Origin: an uncultured Candidatus Saccharibacteria bacterium
GTDB lineage: Bacteria > Patescibacteriota > Minisyncoccia > Portnoybacterales > UBA2143
DNA: 55,470 bases
Reading direction: 5' to 3'
Assembly (NCBI GenBank): GCA_964649795.1
Contig: CAZYQY010000001.1
Coordinates: 11,711-67,180 of the forward strand
In this document: one piece after another, positions 25,712-36,654 of the stretch
How positions within the stretch are numbered: position 1 is the first letter of the stretch
How the letters are laid out: every line of letters begins with the position of its first letter
Notes under the pieces: model-generated
What the model saw: only the letters and a program-made list of their open reading frames with translations
Told to the model about the DNA's origin: nothing
Database searches by the model: none
Translations under genes and position numbers: made by a program

Positions 25712-26182
25712 ATGCGTAGAAAAAGAAAAATAAAAAGAACAATTATCCCAGATCCTCAATACAATAGCACTTTAGTTGCTAAATTTATTAATTATTTGTT
25801 AAAGGATGGCAAGAAATCAACAGCTCAAAAAGTATTTTATGATGCCTTGGGGATAATAAAGAAATCTCTAAAAGGGAAAGAACCCTTAGATGTTTTTGAC
25901 GAGGCAATTAAAAACGTTTCTCCTTTTGTGGAAGTAAAATCACGGAGAATTGGCGGTGCTCATTATCAGATTCCTCGCGAAGTTCGCGGGGAAAGAAAGA
26001 CCACTTTAGCTATACGCTGGATTATTCAGATTGCTCGGGATAAAAAAGGCAAGCCAATGGCGCAAAAACTTGCTGAAGAATTACTAGATGCTTCTAAAAA
26101 TACTGGAGCATCAATTAAGAAGAAAGAAGATATGCATCGGATGGCTGAAGCTAACAAGGCCTTTGCTCACTTTTCCTGGTAA
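25712..26182 (+). CDS. rpsG: 30S ribosomal protein S7
   Basis: 'PDPQYNS..VAKFIN', '[16 protein letters not shown]' and operon position. Confidence 0.95.
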   Translation: MRRKRKIKRTIIPDPQYNSTLVAKFINYLLKDGKKSTAQKVFYDALGIIKKSLKGKEPLDVFDEAIKNVSPFVEVKSRRIGGAHYQIPREVRGERKTTLAIRWIIQIARDKKGKPMAQKLAEELLDASKNTGASIKKKEDMHRMAEANKAFAHFSW

Positions 26183-26187
26183 TAATT

Positions 26188-28311
26188 ATGCGTGAATATC
26201 CTATTGAAAAAACAAGAGATATTGGCATTATTGCTCATATAGATGCTGGAAAAACAACCGTAACTGAAAGGGTTCTTTTTTATACTGGAATTTCTCATAA
26301 AATTGGCGAAGTTCACGAAGGTGAAGCTATTATGGATTGGATGGAACAGGAAAGAGAGCGAGGTATTACCATAACTTCAGCAGCAACAACTTGTTTCTGG
26401 ACTCCACGAGGATATTTTTCACAAGAAAATAGTAAAGAAAATGAATATAGGATTAATATAATTGATACGCCTGGACATATTGATTTTACTGTTGAGGTTC
26501 AGCGCTCTCTAAGAGTTTTAGATGGAGCAGTTGTTGTTTTTGACGGAGTGGCTGGAGTAGAACCACAGTCAGAAACAGTCTGGCACCAAGCAGACAAGTT
26601 TAAAGTTCCTCGCATTTGCCTTATTAATAAATTGGACAGGACAGGAGCTAATTTCGAAATGAGCTTAAGGTCGATTTGGGAAAGATTAACTCCAAAGGCA
26701 ATAGCTATGCAAATTCCCATTGGCTTAGAAGAAAAACACGAAGGAGTGGTTGATTTAATTAAAATGAAAGCATATAAATTTACTGGAGATTATGGCAAAG
26801 ATATAGTTGAAGAAGAAATTCCAGAAGAATTAAAAGACCAAAGCAAGGATTATCATGACAAATTAGTGGAAAAAATTGTTGAACAGGATGAAAAATTAAC
26901 AGAGGCATATTTAAATGACAAAGAAATTAAACAAGAAGACCTAAGACGAGTTTTGCGCAAGGCAGTTATTAATTATGATTTAGTACCTGTTTTTTGCGGC
27001 TCTGCTTTAAAGAATAAAGGTATTCAGCTTTTACTTGATGCTGTTGTTGATTATCTGCCATCTCCAAGCGATATACCTCCTGTACAAGGTTTTGACCCTA
27101 AAGACGAAACAAAAAAAATAATCAAAGAAAGTAAAGACGATCAGTCTTTTTCAGCATTAGTTTTCAAAGTAGCTACTGATCCTTTTGTTGGCCAACTAGC
27201 ATATTTAAGGATATACTCTGGTATTTTGGCAAGCGGTTCTTATGTTTTGAACTCAAACACTGGAGATAAAGAAAGAGTTGGCCGAATTTTAAGAATGCAT
27301 TCTAATAAGCGAGAAGAAGTTAAAGAAATCTACGCTGGGGATATTGCTGCTGTAGTTGGTTTAAAAGATACGACTACTGGCGATACTTTGGCTGATCCAA
27401 ACCATCCAGTAATATTAGAAAAAATAACTTTTCCTGAACCAGTTATTTCTATTGCTATTGAGCCGAAAACAAAAGCTGACCAGGAAAAAATGGCCTTGGC
27501 TTTGAAACGATTGGCTGAAGAAGATCCTACATTTAAAATTAAAGGCGATTTGGAAACCGGACAGACAATTATTTCCGGAATGGGAGAGTTGCATTTAGAA
27601 GTTCTTGTTGATCGAATGTTAAGAGAGTTTAAAGTAGAGGCAAACATTGGTCAGCCTCAAGTGGCTTACAAAGAAACAATTAAAGGTACATCAGAAGCTG
27701 AAGGGAAATACATAAGGCAAAGTGGCGGTCGCGGCCAATACGGCCATGTCTGGTTGCGAATTGAAGCGCAAGAACAGGGCAAGGGCTTTGAATTTATTGA
27801 TGCGATTAAAGGAGGAATTATACCTCAAGAATATATTCCAGCTGTGGAAAAAGGAATTAAAGAGGCAATGAGTAAAGGAATTTTAGCTGGCTATCCAGTG
27901 GTTGATATAAAGACAACTCTTTATGACGGTTCTTTCCATGATGTAGATTCCTCTGAATCAGCTTTTAAGATCGCTGGTTCAATTGCCTTGCAGAAAGCAT
28001 TTAAAGAAGCTAATCCAATTCTCTTAGAACCAATTATGAAACTACAAGTGATTACTCCGGAACAATTTATGGGTGATGTTATTGGCGATATCAGCTCAAA
28101 AAGAGGCAAAATTGAGGAAATGGAAGACAGAGGAGAAGAAATGAACAAGGTTAAGGTTATTAATGCCAAGGTGCCTTTGTCTGGCATGTTTGGCTATGCA
28201 ACGCAGTTGCGATCAATAACTCAAGGACGAGCTAATTTTACCATGGAATTTGACCATTATACTGAAGTGCCAAAAAATGTGGCAGAGGAGATTATAGGAG
28301 AGAAAAAATAA
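26188..28311 (+). CDS. fusA: elongation factor G
   Basis: '[14 protein letters not shown]', 'DTPGHIDF' and 'NKLDR'. 707 aa. Confidence 0.95.
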   Translation: MREYPIEKTRDIGIIAHIDAGKTTVTERVLFYTGISHKIGEVHEGEAIMDWMEQERERGITITSAATTCFWTPRGYFSQENSKENEYRINIIDTPGHIDFTVEVQRSLRVLDGAVVVFDGVAGVEPQSETVWHQADKFKVPRICLINKLDRTGANFEMSLRSIWERLTPKAIAMQIPIGLEEKHEGVVDLIKMKAYKFTGDYGKDIVEEEIPEELKDQSKDYHDKLVEKIVEQDEKLTEAYLNDKEIKQEDLRRVLRKAVINYDLVPVFCGSALKNKGIQLLLDAVVDYLPSPSDIPPVQGFDPKDETKKIIKESKDDQSFSALVFKVATDPFVGQLAYLRIYSGILASGSYVLNSNTGDKERVGRILRMHSNKREEVKEIYAGDIAAVVGLKDTTTGDTLADPNHPVILEKITFPEPVISIAIEPKTKADQEKMALALKRLAEEDPTFKIKGDLETGQTIISGMGELHLEVLVDRMLREFKVEANIGQPQVAYKETIKGTSEAEGKYIRQSGGRGQYGHVWLRIEAQEQGKGFEFIDAIKGGIIPQEYIPAVEKGIKEAMSKGILAGYPVVDIKTTLYDGSFHDVDSSESAFKIAGSIALQKAFKEANPILLEPIMKLQVITPEQFMGDVIGDISSKRGKIEEMEDRGEEMNKVKVINAKVPLSGMFGYATQLRSITQGRANFTMEFDHYTEVPKNVAEEIIGEKK

Positions 28312-28333
28312 AAATTAAAAATTACTTATTATT

Positions 28334-28564
28334 ATGCTGTGGAAAACTATAAAAAAAATATTGCAAAAACAAGGCGGAAAGTGTATTATATTAGAAGAAG
28401 ATCAACCGGCCTATTTAGTAATGAAAATAGATGATTATGAAAAAGGCCTAGAAAAAGATCAGGCTCCAGAAATAGACAAGGTTAATAAAGATATTAACGA
28501 ATGGAAAGAAAACGAGAATCAAGAAGATAGTCAAGCCGTAAAGATAGAAGATTTACCGTTTTAG
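28334..28564 (+). CDS. small acidic hypothetical protein between fusA and tuf
   Basis: ORF of 76 aa. No family recognised. Confidence 0.4.
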   Translation: MLWKTIKKILQKQGGKCIILEEDQPAYLVMKIDDYEKGLEKDQAPEIDKVNKDINEWKENENQEDSQAVKIEDLPF

Positions 28565-28719
28565 ATTAGCAAAGTATTGACTATTTGGAGGATGTCTTGT
28601 AAACTTTACATAAAGTTAATTTTCCGTTTTATAAAAATAATTTAATATAAGTGAATAGAGAATATTAACTAGTGAATCTTTTATGGTTCACTGCTAATTA
28701 CTCGCTGTTCATTTAATTT

Positions 28720-29919
28720 ATGGCTGAGAAATTTGAAAGAACTAAGCCTCATCTTAATATAGGTACCATTGGTCATGTTGACCATGGCAAAACAACTTTA
28801 ACAGCAGCTATTTTAAAATGCTTAAAATCAGCTGGTTTTAAATCGCAGGATAAAAATGTCAGCGATATTGATAATGCGCCAGAAGAAAAGGCGCGTGGTT
28901 TGACTATTGCAGTGGCTCATGTTGAGTATGAGACAGAAAAACGTCATTATGCTCATATTGATTGTCCAGGCCATGCTGATTATATTAAAAATATGATTAC
29001 TGGCGCCGCTCAAATGGATGGAGCAATTTTAGTTGTCTCTGCTTCAGACGGACCACTGCCTCAGACAAGGGAGCATATTCTTTTAGCCCGTCAAGTTGGC
29101 TTGCCAGCTTTAGTTGTCTTTTTAAACAAGGTTGATCAGGTTGATGATCCTGAATTAATTGATTTAGTTGAGCAGGAAATTAGAGAACTTTTAAGTAAAT
29201 ATGAATTTGAAGGAGAAAAAATTCCTATTATCCGAGGTTCTGCTTTGCAAGCAATGGAATGCGGCTGCGGCAAAGAAGATTGTCCTAAATGCGGGCCAAT
29301 TTTGCAATTAATGAAAGCAGTTGACGAAAGTATTCCTGAGCCAGCCCGAGCAATTGATGAGCCTTTTTTAATGCCGATTGAAGATGTTTTTTCCATAGAA
29401 GGCAGAGGAACTGTTGCTACAGGAAGAATTGAAAGGGGCAAGATTAAGCTTAATGACGAAGTTGAAATTGTTGGAATCAAAGATACTCAAAAAACAGTAG
29501 TTACTGGGATTGAAATGTTTAACAAATCACTTGAAGAAGGACAAGCCGGAGACAATGCTGGTATTCTTTTAAGAGGGGTTAAAAGAGAAGATGTTGAAAG
29601 GGGGCAAGTTCTAACCAAACCAGGAAGCATTACTCCTCATCAGGAATTTGAAGGCGAAGTGTATATTTTAAGCAAAGAAGAAGGCGGACGACATACTCCT
29701 TTCTTCAGCGGATACAAGCCCCAATTTTTCATTAGAACAAGCGATGTTACCGGTGATGTTAATTTGCCAGAAGGGACTGAAATGGTTATGCCAGGAGATA
29801 CAGTTAATTTGAAAATTAAATTAGTAGCACCGGTTGCTTTAGAGAATAAACAAAGATTTGCTCTTAGAGAAGGGGGCAAAACAGTTGGCGCTGGCGTGGT
29901 AACTAAGATAATAAAATAA
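28720..29919 (+). CDS. tuf: elongation factor Tu, with a four-Cys insert in domain 1
   Basis: '[10 protein letters not shown]', 'DCPGHADY' and 'NKVD'. Insert reads '[14 protein letters not shown]'. Confidence 0.95.
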   Translation: MAEKFERTKPHLNIGTIGHVDHGKTTLTAAILKCLKSAGFKSQDKNVSDIDNAPEEKARGLTIAVAHVEYETEKRHYAHIDCPGHADYIKNMITGAAQMDGAILVVSASDGPLPQTREHILLARQVGLPALVVFLNKVDQVDDPELIDLVEQEIRELLSKYEFEGEKIPIIRGSALQAMECGCGKEDCPKCGPILQLMKAVDESIPEPARAIDEPFLMPIEDVFSIEGRGTVATGRIERGKIKLNDEVEIVGIKDTQKTVVTGIEMFNKSLEEGQAGDNAGILLRGVKREDVERGQVLTKPGSITPHQEFEGEVYILSKEEGGRHTPFFSGYKPQFFIRTSDVTGDVNLPEGTEMVMPGDTVNLKIKLVAPVALENKQRFALREGGKTVGAGVVTKIIK

Positions 29920-29923
29920 AGTA

Positions 29924-30256
29924 ATGGCACCTAAAAAAGAGAAAGAAGTCAAACAGAAGATTCGTATTAAAATTCAAGCATACGATCATAAGCTTATTGA
30001 CCAATCAGTAAAGCAAATCGTTGAATCAGTTAGTCGCTATGGCGTTAAAATTTGCGGTCCGGTTCCCTTACCAACAGAAATTCATAAATATACAATTAAT
30101 CGTTCTAGCTTTGTGCATAAAGATTCACGTGAACAGTATGAAATGAGAGTCCATAAGCGATTAATTGATATTATTAATCCTGGTCCCAAAATAATTGATG
30201 CTTTGATGAATTTAACATTGCCAGCTGGTGTTGATATTGAAATAAAAACAATATGA
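29924..30256 (+). CDS. rpsJ: 30S ribosomal protein S10
   Basis: '[16 protein letters not shown]' and operon position. Confidence 0.95.
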   Translation: MAPKKEKEVKQKIRIKIQAYDHKLIDQSVKQIVESVSRYGVKICGPVPLPTEIHKYTINRSSFVHKDSREQYEMRVHKRLIDIINPGPKIIDALMNLTLPAGVDIEIKTI

Positions 30257-30293
30257 TTATTTCTAATTAATTATTTCGGCAATATACCTTATT

Positions 30294-30324
30294 AAATACC
30301 GGGTTTAATGCCCGGTATTTTATT
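30294..30324 (+). promoter_or_regulatory. stem-loop plus T-rich tail between rpsJ and rplC; possible attenuator or processing site
   Basis: aaataccggg-tttaat-gcccggtatttt. Confidence 0.45.
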
Positions 30325-30338
30325 AGCAATTAATTCCC

Positions 30339-31022
30339 ATGAAATTTATTTTAGGAAAAAAAATAGGAATGACTCAAGTTTTTAATCAGGATAATCAAGT
30401 TGTCCCAGTGACCCTGATTGAAGCTGGACCTTGTTTTGTTGTCCAGATAAAAACAAAAGAAAAAGACGGTTATTCAGCTGTTCAGATTGGCTTTGATAAA
30501 CTAAATGATAAAAAGATTAAAAAATCTCAGAAAAGCAAAGCTTTTCGCTACTTAAAAGAATTTTCGCAGAATGGTTTAAAAATTGACGATGAAATCAATA
30601 TCTCTGCATTCAATCCTGGCGAAATAGTTAATATAACAGGAATTTCTAAGGGCAAAGGATTTCAAGGCGTTATTAAACGCTACGGCTTTGCAGGCATGCC
30701 TGCTTCTCACGGAACTAAACATACTGAACGCGCGCCTGGTTCAATAGGTTCAGCTTTCCCAGAAAGAGTTTTCAAAGGGAAAAAAATGGGTGGTCGCATG
30801 GGAAGTGATAAAATAACTATTCAAGGATTAGAAATAGCCCGGGTAGATGAAAAAAATAATTTATTGGCTGTTAAAGGTGCTGTTCCAGGCAGAAAAGGAA
30901 CACTTTTAGAAATAATAGTTATTAAAGAAATTGAGGCAGTTAAAGAAGAAAAAGAAGGAAAATTAATTGCTGATTTGGAAAAACAAGAAGCTGATGCTGA
31001 AAAGAAAAAAGACGCTAAATAA
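30339..31022 (+). CDS. rplC: 50S ribosomal protein L3
   Basis: 'GKKIGMTQVF' and 'KGKGFQGVIKRYGF'. Confidence 0.95.
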   Translation: MKFILGKKIGMTQVFNQDNQVVPVTLIEAGPCFVVQIKTKEKDGYSAVQIGFDKLNDKKIKKSQKSKAFRYLKEFSQNGLKIDDEINISAFNPGEIVNITGISKGKGFQGVIKRYGFAGMPASHGTKHTERAPGSIGSAFPERVFKGKKMGGRMGSDKITIQGLEIARVDEKNNLLAVKGAVPGRKGTLLEIIVIKEIEAVKEEKEGKLIADLEKQEADAEKKKDAK

Positions 31023-31025
31023 AAT

Positions 31026-31670
31026 ATGAAAGAAATAATATACAATCAAAAAGGAGAAGAAATTGATAAAGCGGATTTGCCAGCTAAGATTTTTAATGTG
31101 CCAATGAATAAGGATTTAGTTCATCAGGCAGTAGTAACCCAAATGGCTAATTCGCGGAAAGTTATAGCCCATGCTAAGGACAGAAGCGAGAAACGAGGAG
31201 GAGGCCGTAAACCATGGAGACAAAAAGGAACTGGCAGAGCTAGGCACGGTTCTATCCGTTCTCCAATTTGGAGAGGCGGCGGAGTAACTTTTGGTCCAAC
31301 CAAAGACAGGAATTTTAGTAAAAAGATTAACAAAAAAATGAAACAGAAGGCATTATTAATGGCCTTATCTTCTAAATTAAAAGATAAAGAGATAATTTTA
31401 TTAGATAAAGTAGAATTAACAAAAAGAAAAACTAAATTAATAGTTGAAATAATTGATAACTTAGGAATAAAACTGAAAAGGAATTTGTCTAAAAGTATTT
31501 TAATTGTTCTGCCTAAAGCAGATTTAAAAATTAGCCAATCAGTTAAAAATATCCCTAAAAAAAAGACAATTAGAGCTGATAGTTTGAATATTTTAGATAT
31601 TCTATCGCATCAATATTTATTAATTCTACAAGATTCAATTAAAGTAATTGAAAAAACCTACTTAAAGTAA
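31026..31670 (+). CDS. rplD: 50S ribosomal protein L4
   Basis: 'GGGRKPWRQKGTGRARHGS' motif. Confidence 0.95.
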   Translation: MKEIIYNQKGEEIDKADLPAKIFNVPMNKDLVHQAVVTQMANSRKVIAHAKDRSEKRGGGRKPWRQKGTGRARHGSIRSPIWRGGGVTFGPTKDRNFSKKINKKMKQKALLMALSSKLKDKEIILLDKVELTKRKTKLIVEIIDNLGIKLKRNLSKSILIVLPKADLKISQSVKNIPKKKTIRADSLNILDILSHQYLLILQDSIKVIEKTYLK

Positions 31671-31686
31671 ATTTTAAATTAAATTC

Positions 31687-32130
31687 ATGTCTTTATTAGA
31701 TAGATTTAGAAAAAAGAAAATTGAGAAAAAAGTTGAAAAAGTCCCGATGGCAAAACCATTGAGGATCCTCGACACCGAAGGTGCCAAGGAGCCAGAAAAG
31801 GAAATATCGTCTAGAAAAATAGTCAATAAGAAAACTTTTCAGGTTTATCAAGTTATTAAAGAACCGCATATTACTGAAAAGGCAACTTTTTTAACGGAAC
31901 AGGATAAATATATTTTTAAAATTTTTTCAAAAGCTAATAAAATCGAAACAAAGAAAGCTATTGAATCTCTTTATGGAGTTAAGGTAAAGAAAGTGAGCAT
32001 TATCCATTTGCCTTCAAAAAGAAGACGATTAGGTCAAAGCCAAGGGTGGAGACATGGACTAAAAAAAGGATTTAAAAAGGCAATCGTGACTTTAAAAAAA
32101 GGAGAAAAAATAGAATTATTGCCTAGATAA
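31687..32130 (+). CDS. rplW: 50S ribosomal protein L23, with an N-terminal extension
   Basis: 'VIKEPHITEKA' and operon position. 147 aa. Confidence 0.85.
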   Translation: MSLLDRFRKKKIEKKVEKVPMAKPLRILDTEGAKEPEKEISSRKIVNKKTFQVYQVIKEPHITEKATFLTEQDKYIFKIFSKANKIETKKAIESLYGVKVKKVSIIHLPSKRRRLGQSQGWRHGLKKGFKKAIVTLKKGEKIELLPR

Positions 32131-32137
32131 AATTAAT

Positions 32138-32980
32138 ATGAAATGTTATAAACCAACCACACCAGGCAGAAGAGGAATGACATCAATTGATTATTCTGTT
32201 TTAACTAAAACCAAGCCAGCGAAAAAATTAACTAAAAAATTAGTTAAAAAATCCGGAAGAGGCTATCGCGGCAGAGTTACAGTAAGGCATAAAGGTGGCG
32301 GTCATAAACGTAAATACCGTTTGATTGATTTTGAGCGTTATGATAAGATTGATGTCCCAGCTAATATAGTTTCATTAGAATATGACCCTAACCGAAGTTG
32401 TTTTATTGCCCTTTTGAACTATTTAGATGGAGAAAAAAGATATATTTTAGCTCCTGACGGTATTAAAGTCGGCCATAAAGTTATTTGCCAGGAAAAAGCA
32501 GCATTAAAGATTGGGAATAGAATGCAATTAAAAAATATCTTGTCTGGCAGTTTTGTCTATAATATTGAGCTTTCTCCTAAACAGGGCGGCAAAATAGTCC
32601 GTTCAGCTGGCAGTTCTGCACAAATAATGGCTCATGAAGGAGGATATACTCATCTTAAATTGCCTTCTGGAGAAATTAGAATGGTTAAAGAAGATTGCTT
32701 AGCCAGTTTTGGACAGATAAGCAACCCAGAACACAATACAGTAGTTATTGGCAAAGCTGGTCGGAGCCGTTGGATGGGTCGTCGGCCAACAGTGCGCGGC
32801 TCAGCAATGAATGCTTGTGATCATCCGCACGGAGGAGGAGAGAATCGTCAATCAATTGGCCTAAGAAAAGGACCAAAAACCCCTTGGGGCAAACTGGCAT
32901 ATGGAGTGAAAACAAGAAAAAATAAGAAAGCAAGCAATAAATTGATTTTAAAGAAAAGGACAAAGAAGAAGAAAAAATAG
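32138..32980 (+). CDS. rplB: 50S ribosomal protein L2
   Basis: 'YKPTTPGRRG' and 'GSAMNACDHPHGGGE'. Confidence 0.95.
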   Translation: MKCYKPTTPGRRGMTSIDYSVLTKTKPAKKLTKKLVKKSGRGYRGRVTVRHKGGGHKRKYRLIDFERYDKIDVPANIVSLEYDPNRSCFIALLNYLDGEKRYILAPDGIKVGHKVICQEKAALKIGNRMQLKNILSGSFVYNIELSPKQGGKIVRSAGSSAQIMAHEGGYTHLKLPSGEIRMVKEDCLASFGQISNPEHNTVVIGKAGRSRWMGRRPTVRGSAMNACDHPHGGGENRQSIGLRKGPKTPWGKLAYGVKTRKNKKASNKLILKKRTKKKKK

Positions 32981-32996
32981 AATAATTTATTAAATT

Positions 32997-33290
32997 ATGT
33001 CACGAAGTCTAAAAAAAGGACCATATGTTGATAATAAGCTATTAAAGAAAATAGCTAAGTTAAAATTGGGAGATAAAACAATAATTAAAACATGGGCTCG
33101 GGCAAGTACAATTACTCCAGAGATGATTGGCTTTACTTTTGGGGTTCATAACGGGAAAGAGCATATTTCAGTTTTTATTACTGAAGATATGGTTGGCCAC
33201 AAATTAGGTGAATTTTCTCTAACAAGAAAATTTGTTAAACATGGCGGCAGAATGCAGAAAGAACAGGAATCAGCTGCCAAAAGAAAATGA
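32997..33290 (+). CDS. rpsS: 30S ribosomal protein S19
   Basis: '[12 protein letters not shown]' and 'VHNGKEHI'. Confidence 0.95.
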   Translation: MSRSLKKGPYVDNKLLKKIAKLKLGDKTIIKTWARASTITPEMIGFTFGVHNGKEHISVFITEDMVGHKLGEFSLTRKFVKHGGRMQKEQESAAKRK

Positions 33291-33865
33291 TTAAAGCTAA
33301 ATTAAGACATTTAAGAATATCTCCCAGAAAAGTTAGATTAGTAGCTAATCTGATTAAGGGATTAACAGTAGTAGAGGCTGAAAATCAGTTAAAGTTTTTA
33401 ACTAAAAGGTCATCTACACAAGTTTTAAAACTTTTGAATTCAGCAGTGGCCAATGCAAAACATAATGCTGATTCTCCTAAAGATAATCTTTACATAGCTG
33501 AAATTTTTGTTGATACTGGTCCCGTGTTAAAAAGATGGCGTCCCAGGGCTATGGGTCGAGCCGCGCCAATAGCAAAAAGGACTAGTCATTTAACAATAAT
33601 TTTAGATCAAATTAAAAAAGGAACAAAGAAAAAATTAGCAAAAGAGAAAATTGAGCCAACTGTTAAAGAAGAAAAAACACCGGATTTATTAAAAGAAATC
33701 AGTCAGCCATTAGAAAAAACAGATGAAGATGCAAAAATTATTTCAAGACCGAGAAAAGTTTTGCCTCCTAAGCCTTATAAAACAACTTCTCAATCAAAGA
33801 AAAAGTTTTTTAGCAGGCAGACCTTTGGCAATGCTAAAAAGATCTTTAGGAGAAAAAGTATATAG
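33287..33865 (+). CDS. rplV: 50S ribosomal protein L22, with a long basic C-terminal extension
   Basis: '[17 protein letters not shown]' and '[15 protein letters not shown]'. 192 aa. Confidence 0.9.
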   Translation: MIKAKLRHLRISPRKVRLVANLIKGLTVVEAENQLKFLTKRSSTQVLKLLNSAVANAKHNADSPKDNLYIAEIFVDTGPVLKRWRPRAMGRAAPIAKRTSHLTIILDQIKKGTKKKLAKEKIEPTVKEEKTPDLLKEISQPLEKTDEDAKIISRPRKVLPPKPYKTTSQSKKKFFSRQTFGNAKKIFRRKSI

Positions 33866-33882
33866 TATATAATAAAATAATC

Positions 33883-34536
33883 ATGGGACATAAAGTTCAT
33901 CCATACATTTTTCGGTTAGGCATAGTGAATGATTGGAAATCAAAATGGTTTAGTCGAAAAAAATACAAGGATTTTTTAGAGCAAGATGTAAAATTGCGAA
34001 GTTTTATAGCGAAAAAATTAGATAAAGCTGGAATTAATTCAATAAAAATAGAGCGATCAGTTAATTTTATTAATATTATTATTGGAGCATCTCGGCCAGG
34101 TCTGGTTATTGGAAGAGGAGGAAGCGGAGCAGAAGAGCTTAAAAAAGAAATAAAAGAAATTATTGAAAAAAGTGAGATAGGAACAGCCAATTTGGAAGTT
34201 CGTTTGGAAATAGAAGAAATTGGACAGCCAACAACTCGAGCATCGGTTATGGCTATGGAAATGGCTGGGCAATTAGAAAAAAGAATGCCTTATCGCAGAG
34301 TAATGAAGCAAACTCTGGATAAAATTATACAAAATAAAGAAGTTAAAGGTGCTAAGGTAATGGTTGGCGGAAGATTAAATGGCGCTGAAATAGCTCGTAC
34401 AGAATGGCTAAAAAAAGGAAGAGTTCCTTTGCAAACATTACGTTCTGATATTGACTATGCTCAAGCAACTGCTTACACTACTTACGGAACAATTGGTGTA
34501 AAAGTATGGATTTATAAAGGAGAAGTATTTGATTAA
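33883..34536 (+). CDS. rpsC: 30S ribosomal protein S3
   Basis: '[14 protein letters not shown]' and KH domain '[10 protein letters not shown]'. Confidence 0.95.
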   Translation: MGHKVHPYIFRLGIVNDWKSKWFSRKKYKDFLEQDVKLRSFIAKKLDKAGINSIKIERSVNFINIIIGASRPGLVIGRGGSGAEELKKEIKEIIEKSEIGTANLEVRLEIEEIGQPTTRASVMAMEMAGQLEKRMPYRRVMKQTLDKIIQNKEVKGAKVMVGGRLNGAEIARTEWLKKGRVPLQTLRSDIDYAQATAYTTYGTIGVKVWIYKGEVFD

Positions 34537-34541
34537 TAATT

Positions 34542-34952
34542 ATGTTGTCACCTAAAAAAGTAAAACATAGAAAATGGCAGAAAGGCACTAGACGAGGGAA
34601 AGGAAAAGCAACGCGCGGGACAAAATTGTCTTTTGGCTCTTTTGGATTAAAGATTATGGAAGAATGTTGGTTAACTGCGAGGCAAATTGAATCAGCTAGA
34701 CGTACTATGACTAGGTATGTCCAGCGTGGAGGAAAAATTTGGATTAGAGTTTTCCCTGACAAGCCAGTAACTAAAAAAGGCATAGAAGTGCCAATGGGTG
34801 GAGGCAAAGGCAGTGTTGACCATTATGTTATGCCAATTAAACCAGGCCGTATTATTTTTGAAATGGACGGGATTTCTGAAGAGATGGCAAAAGAAGCAAT
34901 GCGTCGGGCTAGCCATAAATTGCCAATTAAAACAAAGTTTATCAGCCGTTAA
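34542..34952 (+). CDS. rplP: 50S ribosomal protein L16
   Basis: '[11 protein letters not shown]' and 'RMGGGKGS'-like 'PMGGGKGS'. Confidence 0.95.
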   Translation: MLSPKKVKHRKWQKGTRRGKGKATRGTKLSFGSFGLKIMEECWLTARQIESARRTMTRYVQRGGKIWIRVFPDKPVTKKGIEVPMGGGKGSVDHYVMPIKPGRIIFEMDGISEEMAKEAMRRASHKLPIKTKFISR

Positions 34953-34977
34953 TTGTTAGACCCTTAGGGTCTAACAA
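34953..34977 (+). promoter_or_regulatory. perfect hairpin in the rplP-rpmC spacer
   Basis: ttgttagaccc-tta-gggtctaacaa, with no T-run. Confidence 0.4.
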
Positions 34978-34984
34978 GAATTTT

Positions 34985-35182
34985 ATGAAGATTAAAGAAT
35001 TACATCAAAAGACAGATAAAGAACTAAAAGATCTTTTGCAAGAAAGCAGGCATAAACTAGGCCAGCTTAAATTTGATTTAGCTTCAAAAAAACTTAAAAA
35101 CATTAAACGAGTTAAAGGGCTACGCAGAGATATTGCCAGAATTTTAACTATTTTGAAAATAAAAAGTAATAATGAAAAATAA
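34985..35182 (+). CDS. rpmC: 50S ribosomal protein L29
   Basis: Size, '[18 protein letters not shown]' and operon position. Confidence 0.9.
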   Translation: MKIKELHQKTDKELKDLLQESRHKLGQLKFDLASKKLKNIKRVKGLRRDIARILTILKIKSNNEK

Positions 35183-35441
35183 TAAAGTTAAAAAAAATAA
35201 AAATATTGAAAAGAAAAAAGGCCGTTTTCTTAGAGGAGTTGTTGTGAGCGATAAAATGGATAAAACCATAGTTGTTTTGGTTAATAGATATAAAGAACAT
35301 CCTAAATATGGCAAAAGGTATAAAATCAGTAAAAAATATAAGGCCCATGACGAGAAAAATCAGTACGAAAAAGGAGATAAGGTTATTATTCAGGAATGTC
35401 CGCCAGTAAGCAAGGATAAAAAGTGGAAGGCGAAATCATGA
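35172..35441 (+). CDS. rpsQ: 30S ribosomal protein S17
   Basis: '[14 protein letters not shown]' and '[13 protein letters not shown]'. Confidence 0.9.
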   Translation: MKNNKVKKNKNIEKKKGRFLRGVVVSDKMDKTIVVLVNRYKEHPKYGKRYKISKKYKAHDEKNQYEKGDKVIIQECPPVSKDKKWKAKS

Positions 35442-35803
35442 TACAAGCAGGAACAAAATTAAAAGTAGCTGATAATTGCGGGGCTAAAATAATCCAATGC
35501 TTCAAGATTTTAGGAGGAAGCCGCAAACGTTATGCGCAAATCGGTGATATTATTGTTGCTTCAGTTAAGTTGGCAGAACCAAGAAAATCAATTAAAAAGA
35601 AAGAAGTTGTTAGAGCAGTAATTGTCAGGCAAAAAAAAGCTTTTCGCAGAAAAGACGGATCATATATTTCTTTTGATGAGAATGCAGCAATTATTGTTGA
35701 TGGTCATAATCCTAGAGGTGGCCGTATTTTCGGACCAGTGCCGCGGGAACTAAAGGAAAAAGGTTTTGATAAAATAGCATCATTAGCTCCAGAAGTATTA
35801 TGA
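35438..35803 (+). CDS. rplN: 50S ribosomal protein L14
   Basis: '[17 protein letters not shown]'. Start moved to the MIQ Met, giving an ATGA overlap with rpsQ. Confidence 0.95.
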   Translation: MIQAGTKLKVADNCGAKIIQCFKILGGSRKRYAQIGDIIVASVKLAEPRKSIKKKEVVRAVIVRQKKAFRRKDGSYISFDENAAIIVDGHNPRGGRIFGPVPRELKEKGFDKIASLAPEVL

Positions 35804-36105
35804 AGATTAAAAAAGGTGATAACATATTAGTAATATCTGGTAAAGACAAAGGCAAAAAAGGTAAAGTTTTGTCAGTTTTGCCTCGAGACAATAAGATCAT
35901 TGTTGAAGGAATCAATATTACCAAAAAACATCGTAAGCCCAAACAAGAAAGAGAAAAAGGGCAAATTATTGAAATTGTTAAACCGATTGACTCTTCAAAT
36001 GTTAAGTTTATTTGTCCCAAATGCGGCAAATCAGCAAGAATAGGTTATAAAATAGTTGAAAAGAAAAAATATAGAATTTGTAAGAAATGCAATCAGGAAA
36101 TTTAA
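35800..36105 (+). CDS. rplX: 50S ribosomal protein L24, with a CxxC..CxxC C-terminus
   Basis: KOW '[21 protein letters not shown]' and 'ICPKCG...RICKKC'. Confidence 0.9.
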   Translation: MKIKKGDNILVISGKDKGKKGKVLSVLPRDNKIIVEGINITKKHRKPKQEREKGQIIEIVKPIDSSNVKFICPKCGKSARIGYKIVEKKKYRICKKCNQEI

Positions 36106-36115
36106 AAATTTTAAT

Positions 36116-36652
36116 ATGAAGTTAAAAGAAAAATATCAAAAACAAGTTATTCCAGCCATGAAAGAACAATTTGGATATAAAAATGATTTAGCTGTGCCAA
36201 GAATAACTAAAGTTGTTGTTAATACCGGATTTAATCCAGCAGATAGAAACGAGAAGCTTCAAGAAGAAATTGCTCATGATTTGGCTTTGATCACTGGGCA
36301 AAAACCAGTATCGCGCCAAGCCAAGAAATCAGAAGCTGGTTTTAAAATAAGGGCTGGGATGGTTGTTGGCTTGTCAGTAACTTTAAGAAAGCAGTTAATG
36401 TATGATTTTCTGGACAGATTAATAAATATTTCCTTACCTCGAAGTCGCGATTTCCGTGGCCTAAAAGAAAAAAGCGTTGATCAAAATGGTAATTTGAATA
36501 TTGGCATTAAAGAACATATTATTTTTCCTGAGATTTCTACAGAAAGCGCTAAAAATATTTTTGGTCTAGAAATCACTGTTGTTACAACAAGTAAAGAGCG
36601 TAAATCAGGATTGGCCATATTTAAATTATTAGGATTTCCCATAAAAAAGTAA
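36116..36652 (+). CDS. rplE: 50S ribosomal protein L5
   Basis: '[15 protein letters not shown]' and '[11 protein letters not shown]'. Start moved downstream of the rplX stop. Confidence 0.95.
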   Translation: MKLKEKYQKQVIPAMKEQFGYKNDLAVPRITKVVVNTGFNPADRNEKLQEEIAHDLALITGQKPVSRQAKKSEAGFKIRAGMVVGLSVTLRKQLMYDFLDRLINISLPRSRDFRGLKEKSVDQNGNLNIGIKEHIIFPEISTESAKNIFGLEITVVTTSKERKSGLAIFKLLGFPIKK

Positions 36653-36654
36653 TT

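Noticed and set aside
27330-27647. Antisense or alternative-frame ORFs inside well-conserved genes, for example 26499-26720, 27330-27647 and 27921-28187 in fusA, 29136-29480 and 29640-29930 in tuf, 38159-38557 in rpsE, and 42066-42475 and 43030-43242 in thrS.
   Set aside because: They lie wholly inside genes with unambiguous homology on the other strand or frame, and they have low-complexity translations and no RBS. They are typical shadow ORFs.
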